Origin: an uncultured Micavibrio sp.
GTDB taxonomy: Bacteria; Pseudomonadota; Alphaproteobacteria; Micavibrionales; UBA1664
Direction of reading: 5' to 3'
Assembly (NCBI GenBank): GCA_937896295.1
Contig: CALBME010000086.1
Span: 1-39,177 of the forward strand
DNA length: 39,177 bases
Shown: positions 17,197 through 26,133 of the stretch, piece after piece
Layout of the letters: each line of letters opens with the position of its first letter
Position numbering within the stretch: position 1 is the first letter of the stretch
Translations under genes and position numbers: made by a program
Notes under the pieces: model-generated
The model's database searches: none
Told to the model about the DNA's origin: nothing
Seen by the model: only the letters and a program-made list of their open reading frames with translations

Positions 17197-18531
17197 ATGC
17201 GCGGCAGGTTTCAGCTACCTCTCTTTTTTGCATTTTTCATCATATTTTCAATAGGTTATGTGCGCCCTGCAAGCGCCATTTACACCTGCGACCAGTGCGT
17301 TGTCAGCGCTATCGTGGGTCCGGGCGGTGTCTATACCGGCCCCTTCAAATCGATGATCCCCGGTGAAACCGAAGGCGCGGACGAAGAGCCGATGGCCGTA
17401 AGCCCGCCCACCTCGCTGGTCGATTACTTTGAAAAAGTCTGGTGGCCCCGCATGGTCGAACTGACCAAGGCCCAGCAGGGTGCAGCTGACAAGACCTCCA
17501 CTCTTTTAAGCTCCATGGGTGCCCGTACCGCTGAGGCGCAGCAGATTGCGCAGTACCAGCAGGACACCAAGCGCATGAACCTGGAAACTCAGATGAACGC
17601 GGTCGGACGGACGGAAACCCTCTGCCCCGAACCGTCGATGGGTCAATCGTCGCTGGCCCTGCAGTTCATGGCCATTCAGGCACTGAACAACCTGGTACGA
17701 CTTTCCGCTCGCGAAATGGCCGGCGATAAATCCCTGCCCGCCTACGCGCGTGGCAAGCTGGAAAACGACAAGGCCCGCGTCAAGGAACGCATCGACATGC
17801 AGCTCTGCACCAAGGACGGTGCCGACGGTGCGGCCAGTGAATATTGCACGGCCACCAAGCCGGAACTTGAAAACGCAGACCAGCTGGCGTCCAGCGCCCT
17901 TGGTTCGTACGTCTATGACGACTCCGAACAGCCGGAAAGCCCGCACAACGTCAATCTCGTCAAACGCTACGTCGATAACGTTTTCTCGTCGCGTATTTTC
18001 GAACCGCTTCCTGTCTCCATCACCAAGCAGGAATCCCTGCCGCCCGATGCCGTGCAGGTGATTGCCGACCAGAATACGCTGGCGGCGCGCACCACGATGT
18101 TCCAGCACCCCTTCATGGAACAGCAGGCTGACCGTTCGCCCGTCAATGGCGAGGTCAAGGCGCTCGATTCCCTCGAGGCGGCCATCAACCGTGCCGGCTA
18201 TGACGGCCCGGCCAAGCAGATGATTCTCAACAGCAAGGGCAAGGTCTCCCGCGCGTCCGAGGAGTATATCCGCTTCAAGATCTATGAAAGCGATCCGAAA
18301 TCCATGTCTGTCGACTTGGCAGACGTGGGTAAGTTCAGCGTTTCGAACCTGATGGTGGTCTCGATCCAGAAACAGATGAAGGAAATGACCCTTCTGTATG
18401 ACATCCGCGAACAGATCAAGCAGACCAACCTGCTGCTCGGCGCCCTGGGTGCCGTTCTGATCGAACCGCAGTACCAGGATCTCCGCGAACGTATCCAGAC
18501 CCTCCAGTCTGACGGCAGCCGCGGCGAATAA
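17197..18531 (+). CDS. secreted hypothetical protein (444 aa)
   Basis: Signal peptide 'FFAFFIIFSIGYVRPASA/I'. Paired cysteines, helical Q/E/K-rich stretches and a hydrophobic C-terminal segment 'LLLGALGAVLI'. AGAGGG Shine-Dalgarno. Confidence 0.65.
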   Translation: MRGRFQLPLFFAFFIIFSIGYVRPASAIYTCDQCVVSAIVGPGGVYTGPFKSMIPGETEGADEEPMAVSPPTSLVDYFEKVWWPRMVELTKAQQGAADKTSTLLSSMGARTAEAQQIAQYQQDTKRMNLETQMNAVGRTETLCPEPSMGQSSLALQFMAIQALNNLVRLSAREMAGDKSLPAYARGKLENDKARVKERIDMQLCTKDGADGAASEYCTATKPELENADQLASSALGSYVYDDSEQPESPHNVNLVKRYVDNVFSSRIFEPLPVSITKQESLPPDAVQVIADQNTLAARTTMFQHPFMEQQADRSPVNGEVKALDSLEAAINRAGYDGPAKQMILNSKGKVSRASEEYIRFKIYESDPKSMSVDLADVGKFSVSNLMVVSIQKQMKEMTLLYDIREQIKQTNLLLGALGAVLIEPQYQDLRERIQTLQSDGSRGE

Positions 18532-18539
18532 CCGGTCTT

Positions 18540-18558
18540 TCAGGGGCTAGGCCCCTGA
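18540..18558 (+). terminator. stem-loop after the 444-aa ORF (weak terminator candidate)
   Basis: TCAGGGGC-tag-GCCCCTGA, an 8-bp stem. The downstream tract 'atcttctctc' is only T-rich, not a clean U run. Confidence 0.35.
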
Positions 18559-18590
18559 ATCTTCTCTCAAAACCGCCCAAATGCCCCATC

Positions 18591-18606
18591 TGGCATAGTC
18601 CTTGCA
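18591..18606 (+). promoter_or_regulatory. sigma-54 (RpoN) -24/-12 promoter candidate for flgKL
   Basis: TGGCAT-agtcc-TTGCA matches TGGCAC-N5-TTGCA, with correct GG-N10-GC spacing. 67 nt upstream of the flgK ATG. Confidence 0.5.
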
Positions 18607-18672
18607 AATTACCGGCCATAAGCCCGCCTGTGGGTAGTGATGACCATAGGTTTGAATTGCAAGGATGAATTC

Positions 18673-20763
18673 ATGGCCACGGTAAGCCCGCTTTCAGTCG
18701 CTCTTTCCGGCCTGCGCACCGCGCAGGCACAGATCGGCGTGACCTCGAACAACATCGCCAACGCCTCGACTGACGGCTACACCAAAAAAACCCTCAACCA
18801 GTATACCGTCGTCATCGGCGGACAGGGCGGCGGTGTCGATGTCGGTCTCGTTGAGCGCCATGTCAACGACCTGTTGCTGAAAGACCTTCGCCGTCAGATC
18901 TCCCTGACCGCCGGCCTTGAAACCACCAAGTCGTATCTGAGCCAGGTTCAGTCCCTTCACGGCACGCCGGAATCCGACACCTCGATCACATCGTCACTCA
19001 GCAACCTGAAAACCGTTTTCTCGCAGCTCGCAAACCAGCCGGAATCCGACTACCTTATCGAAACCGTATACGACGCGGCCCAGCAGACGGTTAAAAAATT
19101 CTCGCAATACACCATGTCGATCACGCAGCTGCGCAACTCCGCGCAAAGCGAGATGAAACAGTCCGTCGATACGATCAATCTGCTGACCTCGCAGATCGCA
19201 GATCTGAACAAATCCATCAAGGCTGCCCGTGCGCAGCTGCGCTCCAGCGCCGATCTGGAAGATCAGCGCGATCTGTCCATCCGCAATCTCGCGCAGCAGC
19301 TCGACATTTCCTACTACGCCAACAACGACGGCTCGGTTACGGTGATGACGGCGACCGGCGATCTTCTGGCCCATACGGAAGCGGTGCCGGTCAATTTCAA
19401 TCCCAGCCAGGTGGGGGTCCAGTCTTACTATCCGGCCAGCGCCGCCGCCATTATTCTGGGGAATCCCTCCAACGGAACCGACCTGACCGCCAGCGCCAGT
19501 CTCGGCGGCAAGCTGGGCGCCCTGGTGACCTTGCGCGACAAGACCTTGCCCACATATCAGGCGCAGATGGATGAACTGGCCTATCAGACCGCGTCCCGTT
19601 TCTCGGCCGAAGGCATGGATCTTTTTACCCTGCCCAATGGCACTATTCCCAACAACGTGCCATCTGACTATGCGGGCTTTGCCGATAACATGATGGTCAA
19701 TCCGGCAGTGACGAATAATAAATCGCTGATCCGTTCCGGTACCGACCCGCTGACGGTGGTGCAGGCCGGATCGAACGAAGTCCTGCGCAAGATTGTCGAA
19801 TTCGCCTTTGGCGATGTTGCCTATCAGCAGGCAACGGCAGCCACCACCATCACCACCGGCCCCGCAACGCTTTTCACCGAACTGGGCCTTACCGGCCAGG
19901 CCCGTGTCATCGGCAACCAGAATGTGCAGACCCTGGCCACGCTTGCCGATAGCGCATTCATCAATCCCGGTACAAACGATACATTTACCCTTCAGGTCGG
20001 CGCCGGCCTGCCTCAGACGATCACCATTACCGCCGGCATGAATGCCTCAGGGCTTGTGGGTGCCATCAATGCGGCGATACCCGGCGCGGCCGCGCTGACC
20101 TCCGCCGGTCAGCTTGTCCTGACCACGTCGGGTGACCTGACCATCGGTGCAGGCACGCTGGGCGCTGCCGGTCTGGCCGAACTGGGTCTGAGTGCTGGCG
20201 TCACGAACGCAGAATCGCCTTCGTTCAAAATCGGCCTTGGCAATAACGATCCTGTTACCGTGACCATTGATCCCACGGATACCGGCACAACACTGCTGGG
20301 CAAACTTAACGCCATCACGGGAATCGATGCGTCCATCGTCGCGGGCAAACTGACTATCCGGCCTGAAAATGGTGGCGACATTTCCATCGCGGACGGGCTG
20401 AAAACACCGCTGCAGGCCCTGGGCATGACCCTGAATGAAGTGTCACACACCCCGTTCAACATGACAGGCCTTGGCCCCGGCGCGAACTTAAGCGTCAGCC
20501 TGTCTGGGATTTTGACGCTGGCCGAATATTCCACGCAGCTGGTGGGGATACAGTCGCAGGAAGCGCAGGGCGTCGAACTCGATCTGACCAATGAAACCAG
20601 CTATCGCTCGACGCTTGAATCCCAGCTTCTGAATGAACACGGGGTGAACATTGACGAGGAAATGGCCCATCTCATTTCCATTCAGACCGCCTATAGCGCG
20701 TCTGCGCGTACGATCAGCGTCGTGCAACAGATGATGGATGAACTTTTGAATTCTATCCGCTGA
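18673..20763 (+). CDS. flgK: flagellar hook-associated protein 1
   Basis: N-terminal 'LSVALSGLRTAQAQIGVTSNNIANASTDGYTKK' and C-terminal 'EEMAHLISIQTAYSASAR'. Start taken at the ATG after an AAGGA Shine-Dalgarno (the ORF track starts at 18637). Confidence 0.9.
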   Translation: MATVSPLSVALSGLRTAQAQIGVTSNNIANASTDGYTKKTLNQYTVVIGGQGGGVDVGLVERHVNDLLLKDLRRQISLTAGLETTKSYLSQVQSLHGTPESDTSITSSLSNLKTVFSQLANQPESDYLIETVYDAAQQTVKKFSQYTMSITQLRNSAQSEMKQSVDTINLLTSQIADLNKSIKAARAQLRSSADLEDQRDLSIRNLAQQLDISYYANNDGSVTVMTATGDLLAHTEAVPVNFNPSQVGVQSYYPASAAAIILGNPSNGTDLTASASLGGKLGALVTLRDKTLPTYQAQMDELAYQTASRFSAEGMDLFTLPNGTIPNNVPSDYAGFADNMMVNPAVTNNKSLIRSGTDPLTVVQAGSNEVLRKIVEFAFGDVAYQQATAATTITTGPATLFTELGLTGQARVIGNQNVQTLATLADSAFINPGTNDTFTLQVGAGLPQTITITAGMNASGLVGAINAAIPGAAALTSAGQLVLTTSGDLTIGAGTLGAAGLAELGLSAGVTNAESPSFKIGLGNNDPVTVTIDPTDTGTTLLGKLNAITGIDASIVAGKLTIRPENGGDISIADGLKTPLQALGMTLNEVSHTPFNMTGLGPGANLSVSLSGILTLAEYSTQLVGIQSQEAQGVELDLTNETSYRSTLESQLLNEHGVNIDEEMAHLISIQTAYSASARTISVVQQMMDELLNSIR

Positions 20764-20784
20764 TAAAGCCGTAAGGAGATAATC

Positions 20785-21801
20785 ATGACCACCGTTTCCA
20801 CCCTTGGCCAGCAATTGGGCGTCATTGCCCGGATGAAGGAAATTCAGGGCCAGATGAACACCTATCAGGAACAGGTGACATCCGGCGTCAAGCATCAGAC
20901 CTTCGCGGGATATGGCGTTGAATCACTCAAGATTCAGCGTTACCGCAGCGGCATGAAAGAACTGGAGGCGTATGGTTATAACATCGCCAACGCCCAGATG
21001 CAGATCCAGCAGATGGATGATGCCATCGAGGAAAACACCGTGCAGGCCAGAAATCTTCTGAGCGCCATCGGTATCCAGCTCAGCCGTGGGACCGAATTCG
21101 ATCTGGCCACCATCAAGCAGACAGCCTCGACCGCCCTTCAGATCATTGAGGCCAACGTGAATGTCGAGGTGGGTGGGCGATACCTTTTTTCCGGATCTGA
21201 CGTCACGAACAAACCGCTGAACGGTACAAGCGGCGCTGATAACAATCTGGCGCTGAAGGTGACTGATTGGCTGGACGGTACCAACGATACCGATGCCTTT
21301 CTGGCCAGCTTCGATGCGCTATCGGATGCTGAAAGCGGGTTTTCCAATACGGTTCAGACCGCAAAAAACGTCTATGTCCGCGCCGACGATAATTATGAAG
21401 TCGATTATACCGTCAAGGCCAACAGCCCGGGTATGAAAAAGGTGCTGAATGGTCTGCGGGCAATTTCCCAGATGGAATTTCCGGATGAAACAACGGATGT
21501 TGCCAGCAAGGAAGATTTTTATAAGGTCATCGATCACCTTTATTCCACCATTCAGGATGGTGTAAACGCGCTGCGCGCGGACTCGGCCAAACTGGCAAAT
21601 GCGACGGCTGTCCTGTCGAACATTCAGACCAATCACGAGAATGATATCCAGTCGATGCAGACGCTGATGGAGCAGACTGAAACGGCCGATCCCACCGACG
21701 CGATCATTAAATTTCAGACCCTGCAAACCCAGCTTGAGGCGTCGTATAACGTCACCTCAATCATGAGTCAGCTTAGCCTCGCGCGCTTTCTGGGCGGATA
21801 A
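20785..21801 (+). CDS. flgL: flagellar hook-associated protein 3 (flagellin-family junction protein)
   Basis: Immediately downstream of flgK (21-nt gap, AAGGAG Shine-Dalgarno). Flagellin-like N- and C-terminal helices ('...SIMSQLSLARFLGG'). Confidence 0.85.
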   Translation: MTTVSTLGQQLGVIARMKEIQGQMNTYQEQVTSGVKHQTFAGYGVESLKIQRYRSGMKELEAYGYNIANAQMQIQQMDDAIEENTVQARNLLSAIGIQLSRGTEFDLATIKQTASTALQIIEANVNVEVGGRYLFSGSDVTNKPLNGTSGADNNLALKVTDWLDGTNDTDAFLASFDALSDAESGFSNTVQTAKNVYVRADDNYEVDYTVKANSPGMKKVLNGLRAISQMEFPDETTDVASKEDFYKVIDHLYSTIQDGVNALRADSAKLANATAVLSNIQTNHENDIQSMQTLMEQTETADPTDAIIKFQTLQTQLEASYNVTSIMSQLSLARFLGG

Positions 21802-21807
21802 AGGCTT

Positions 21808-22830
21808 TTAAAAGAGACCGGAAGGGCCGAGCGGCGCACCATCCGCTGGCGATGCGCTGGGCGGGGGTGCCGGCTGGCCCTCCACCGGCATCGGACCGGG
21901 CGTTGATGCGATGGGGGGCGGTGTGTTGCCGTCCACGCTGCCGCCTGTGGCGTTGGCCACGATATTCGCAGCCGCGGCGCGGGCCTCACTTGTCGAACCG
22001 TTTGCGCCGCTGGGCAGGTTGCCCGTATCGACACCGGATGATGACAACGCCTCGGCCAGCGGATTGATCGCCTGCATATTTGCGTTGCTGTCTTCTTCGC
22101 CGGGTGCCGGACGCAATTTGATCATCTCGCCGTCCATGGACACACGGACATCGCCCGGGCGGACGCTTTCAACGACCGTGCCATCCGGCAGGCGTGTACC
22201 GGCATGAACGGTATACCGAATGGTGGGATCGGTGGAATGCACAAGAACGCCTTTGCATTCGCCGGCAAGGCAGGTCAGTTCTGCCCATTTATAACGGGTC
22301 TTGCGGGCTTCGATTTCGGCAAGGCGCGCTTTTTCTTCGGCCTCTCTCTTCTTGCGGGCGGCCATTTCCTCGTCGGACTCGCCTTTTTTGCGGTCGGGTT
22401 CAGCCTCTTTGGCTTTCACGACCATGTCCTGGTAATATTTTTTACGCTCCGCGACCAGGTCGCTGTAAAGCTCGGGATAGGCGGCAAGGCAGGGACCGTT
22501 GGCGGGCAGTTGCTCGCAAATGCCGCGCGGCGGCGGCGGGGCCGGGAAGCTTACCCCCATGCCGCCATAGGCCTCGACGATCTTGTCGAGTGCGGACTGG
22601 CGCATGACCAGCTTGTCGAGCAGGCTGATCTGGTAATTCAGCTTCATCGTATCGGACAGATACGGGTTGCCGATCGCATAAAACGAATCGTCAAAATCGA
22701 CACCCAGATTGGCGATTTCATCGGCGGTGATGATCTGCGGAATGGCAAAGGGTGGCATTTCTTGGGCCTTCGCGCCGCCGGAAAATACCAAGCCACTGAT
22801 AAATAAAGACAATATTGCTAAATGGCGCAT
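21808..22830 (-). CDS. secreted protein with a PilP-like C-terminal domain (second copy)
   Basis: Signal peptide 'ILSLFISGLVFSGGAKA/Q'. A charged coiled coil, then 'YKWAELTCLAGECKGVLVH...GTRLPDGTVVESVRPGDVRVSMDG', which parallels the C-terminus of the PilP-like protein at 31448-32275. Confidence 0.6.
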   Translation of the reverse strand: MRHLAILSLFISGLVFSGGAKAQEMPPFAIPQIITADEIANLGVDFDDSFYAIGNPYLSDTMKLNYQISLLDKLVMRQSALDKIVEAYGGMGVSFPAPPPPRGICEQLPANGPCLAAYPELYSDLVAERKKYYQDMVVKAKEAEPDRKKGESDEEMAARKKREAEEKARLAEIEARKTRYKWAELTCLAGECKGVLVHSTDPTIRYTVHAGTRLPDGTVVESVRPGDVRVSMDGEMIKLRPAPGEEDSNANMQAINPLAEALSSSGVDTGNLPSGANGSTSEARAAAANIVANATGGSVDGNTPPPIASTPGPMPVEGQPAPPPSASPADGAPLGPSGLF

Positions 22831-22876
22831 CGAATGAATCCCTGCTCACCATTATAAGCGAAAACAGGGGCCACTT

Positions 22877-24382
22877 CTACGGCCCAGCGCAACCGTCAAA
22901 GCATTGGCCGAAATTGCTGATATTCAGGGTGCGAATATTCACGCGCGGCGCGGTAATGGTCCGCTCCCGCCCCGGGCCTGTACCGCCAAAGACAAGGTCG
23001 CCCGAATTTCTGATATCAATGACGCCGGCCTTGCCGTTCGCCACGTTGATATTGCCCTGGGTCACGATACCGCTGCGCAGCTGGTTGTCGACCAGCAGCG
23101 ATTGTGATGCAACCGACGTGGCCGACAGGCGATGGGCATCGACCGTGCCAGCTGTCAGCACCCCGCCATCCGGCATGGTCAGGACGGTGTTGTTGGTATT
23201 CGTCAGGTTGCCGGTGGCGACTGTCGAACCGTCAAGGAAACGGGCGTTGTTGGTCACCTCGACCAGGTCCTGCGTACCCATGCCGTCATTGCCGTCACCA
23301 TCCACGATCAGATGGTTCTGGGCGTTATAATCCTGTTTTTCAGTATCAGTCAGCGCGTTTTCGATACGCAGGTTATTCGTGCGCGACGTATCCGCAATCA
23401 GGGCTGAACCGTTCACGCTCATCGTATTGCTGACGGTGGCTGACCCCTTGACGATGGCCGTGCCACTGACGCACAGGACATTGTTTTCACAATCCGCATG
23501 AAGACCGGGATTGGACGCGGCTGTAAGGGCGCGCGCTGAACCGTCATTACCGATATTGATATCGTCGCCGCCAAAAATATCGTTACCGCCAAGATTGAGT
23601 GGACCGAACATCGTATTGCGGCGCAGGGCGGGATCGACGTCCGGCAGGCGGTGCAGGTAATCACCGCCGACTTCTTCGATGTTTTTGTACATGTAATAGA
23701 CGAAATAACTGCCGTCTTCGAGGGAATCGAGGTCCGGATTAAGGTTGTTGATGTACCACGCCGTGTTTTGCAGGCCATCGCTCGGGTTGATCTGCCACGA
23801 TCCGAACGCGCTTTCGATGCGGGCGTCCGTCTTCGCGCCGTAACTGCGGATGAAGCCGCCATGTGGTCCGGCCTCTGTAGCGGCTGTGCGCACCTGGCTG
23901 TCGGGTCGTGGTGTGGTGGTGATGATCATCACGTCCAGTGCCGGGTCATCATTGGGATCGGCCCGGTCATCCGCCACGCGCAGCAGGATGCGCACATTGG
24001 AGCGAATGGGCGCATAGTCGCGGAACTGCGGGTTAAACAGACGCGACCCCTGAATGGTCACGCCATTCACGACAAAATTCTTGGTGATGTTGTTGGTGGC
24101 GGGCGCGGTCTGGTCGGCAATCAGCTCATAGCCGCCATTGCCGACGGCGGGATCGGCCGCTGCCTGGTAAAGCGCGTTGAAATTATCCAGATCCTGCAGG
24201 ATAAGGTTCATCGACTCCGCGATGGTGTTCATGTACTTGGCATTCGACCGCGCCATTTCGCGTTCACCGAATGTCTGCAGCAGAAGGAAAACTGCAATCA
24301 TCAGCGCGAAGACGACCCCGACGGACAGGATCATCTCCAGCAATGAAAAACCAGCCGTGTGTCTGCGTCTTTTGATCATCAT
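22877..24382 (-). CDS. large PilV-like minor pilin / putative adhesin (501 aa)
   Basis: Prepilin N-terminus 'RRRHTAG/FSLLEMILS' with Glu5. 'YLHRLPDVDPALRRNTMFGPLNLGGNDI' resembles the shufflon-protein constant-region motif. T/N/G/V-rich repeat-like C-terminal half. Confidence 0.75.
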   Translation of the reverse strand: MMIKRRRHTAGFSLLEMILSVGVVFALMIAVFLLLQTFGEREMARSNAKYMNTIAESMNLILQDLDNFNALYQAAADPAVGNGGYELIADQTAPATNNITKNFVVNGVTIQGSRLFNPQFRDYAPIRSNVRILLRVADDRADPNDDPALDVMIITTTPRPDSQVRTAATEAGPHGGFIRSYGAKTDARIESAFGSWQINPSDGLQNTAWYINNLNPDLDSLEDGSYFVYYMYKNIEEVGGDYLHRLPDVDPALRRNTMFGPLNLGGNDIFGGDDINIGNDGSARALTAASNPGLHADCENNVLCVSGTAIVKGSATVSNTMSVNGSALIADTSRTNNLRIENALTDTEKQDYNAQNHLIVDGDGNDGMGTQDLVEVTNNARFLDGSTVATGNLTNTNNTVLTMPDGGVLTAGTVDAHRLSATSVASQSLLVDNQLRSGIVTQGNINVANGKAGVIDIRNSGDLVFGGTGPGRERTITAPRVNIRTLNISNFGQCFDGCAGP

Positions 24383-26130
24383 GAACAGCTGTAAGAGTGA
24401 TAGGCCTGACCGGAATTACCGGTACTGCGCGTAAACGTGCATTCACCGTAGTACTGCCAGCCATACAATGTGTTGCGCCAGTACTGACACATATATCCTG
24501 TGCCTGTGCCCCAGCAATTATCATAGACGGTATTACCAAGGTAATAGGTCGAACCGCGCGGCTCGCAATAGGTACGGCCATTCGTATGGGCGACGCATTC
24601 AATCTGGCGCGCGGCACCGCTGGGCGTGTTCATATTCGGATCGCTGTACCCGCCGGGGGCCTGCGCATTATCAAGATAAAGAATGGCGCTGTTGCCCGGC
24701 GCGTCCGCGGTAACGTTTGCGGCGGCCAGCCGTCCGGTCAGCTGGACGCCGTTGCCGACTTCCATCTGGTTGGTACTGAACTGGAAGGCGGGGCCGGGGG
24801 CCGCCCGTGCCATGACCAGCTGATTGGACGTGGCGCCGTTGGTGACAGACATGTTGCCCGCCTGATATTGCTCCGCAATGATGCTGCCGCCGGTGATGTT
24901 GGTGGTGGGTGCAAGCGCGGTGGTGCTGGTGTTCATCGTCGCGCCGGTCACCGTATCAAAGGTGGAAATGCCCGCGACGTTCGTCGTGTTCTGCACATTC
25001 GTAAAATCGGTGATGACGTTGCCCTTGGCGACCATGTTGTTGGCAACCATCATACGGCCGTCGCCGCCTGCCTCGCCCACTGTCTGGATCTCGCCACCGC
25101 TGATGGCGCATCCCGATCCGCTCAAGACGCGGTTGCCGCCATCGACAGCCGCTGAAAAGCTGCAGCCTGCTGTGGGGGTTTTCATGTTCAGGCGTACGTC
25201 ACCGCCCGTATCGATACGCAATGCCTGTTCCACCGTCATGGCCTGTGCTGTGTCGGCCGCAGCCCCTTGCGCCTGACCGCGGAAAGCCGCGTTGCCTTCT
25301 ACCAGGAATTTGTCCGCGATGACCGTGCCGGTGTTCTGCAGTTCATTGGCGTTCATGTCCAGGTTCGTCTGCATCCGGTTCAGTTCAGGACGTCCGTCGA
25401 TCTGCACGCGGTACAGCCAGTGATCGTTGGCATCCGAAAATTCTGAACTGACCAGATCGTAGGTCGCCAGATACCCGCCATCCGTATCGGGTGTGGCGGC
25501 ATAACCCGCCGCTGCCAGTGCCGCGCGCGGCACCGACCATTGATTGAGAACTGACGCCACAACGTTGGTGAAAGTCATGCTGGGCATGACCAGATCGGCG
25601 GAAATGCCCATCGCGGGGCCGCCTGCTGTAGCAGCATCGATAAGACGCTTGTTTCCTGCGCGGACGACATCGCCGGGTGGGTTGTCTGAAACCACGACCA
25701 CCTCGATCGTGGTCAGGATGATGAAATTACCGAATGAATCCATCATCGCGTTGCCGGCAGTGTCGATTTTATTGACCTGCAGGTTGCGGCGGAAAACACG
25801 CATCTGCTGGCGGAATGCGTTTATGGGTTCGTAAGCCGACGGCAGGTAGTTATCCGGCTTCATGTCGTCGACGTCGATTTCCTGGAATATGTTCGGCGGA
25901 TCGGCGCTGAACGTATCGAAATTGGCAAGCACGTAGTCATGCGCCGCCGTCCGCAGGCGCAGCATGTCTGTCGCCGCCTGCCTGTTAATCGCCCGCTCGG
26001 TCCATGAATTGAATATACCGTACATTCCTGCCAGCAGCAGGCCAAGAACGCCAATCGACAACAGCAGTTCCAGCAGGGTGAAACCTGCCTGTCTGTGCGC
26101 GTGGGTACCTGTATATCTCTTCATATCCAT
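24379..26130 (-). CDS. large PilV-like minor pilin / putative adhesin (583 aa)
   Basis: Prepilin N-terminus 'HRQAG/FTLLELLLS' with Glu5, and 'WLYRVQIDGRPELNRMQTNLDMNANELQN'. Cys/Tyr/Trp-rich C-terminal module. ATGA overlap with the next gene. Confidence 0.75.
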   Translation of the reverse strand: MDMKRYTGTHAHRQAGFTLLELLLSIGVLGLLLAGMYGIFNSWTERAINRQAATDMLRLRTAAHDYVLANFDTFSADPPNIFQEIDVDDMKPDNYLPSAYEPINAFRQQMRVFRRNLQVNKIDTAGNAMMDSFGNFIILTTIEVVVVSDNPPGDVVRAGNKRLIDAATAGGPAMGISADLVMPSMTFTNVVASVLNQWSVPRAALAAAGYAATPDTDGGYLATYDLVSSEFSDANDHWLYRVQIDGRPELNRMQTNLDMNANELQNTGTVIADKFLVEGNAAFRGQAQGAAADTAQAMTVEQALRIDTGGDVRLNMKTPTAGCSFSAAVDGGNRVLSGSGCAISGGEIQTVGEAGGDGRMMVANNMVAKGNVITDFTNVQNTTNVAGISTFDTVTGATMNTSTTALAPTTNITGGSIIAEQYQAGNMSVTNGATSNQLVMARAAPGPAFQFSTNQMEVGNGVQLTGRLAAANVTADAPGNSAILYLDNAQAPGGYSDPNMNTPSGAARQIECVAHTNGRTYCEPRGSTYYLGNTVYDNCWGTGTGYMCQYWRNTLYGWQYYGECTFTRSTGNSGQAYHSYSCS

Positions 26131-26133
26131 GTC

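Noticed and set aside
19670-19690. GCCGATAA (sigma-28 -10-like) inside flgK
   Set aside because: No TAAA -35 element at the required spacing, and it lies within coding sequence.
22204-22806. 200-aa + strand ORF with hydrophobic stretches, opposite 21808-22830
   Set aside because: The minus frame has a signal peptide, a coiled coil and a PilP-like domain. The + frame is Gly/Phe-rich shadow sequence.
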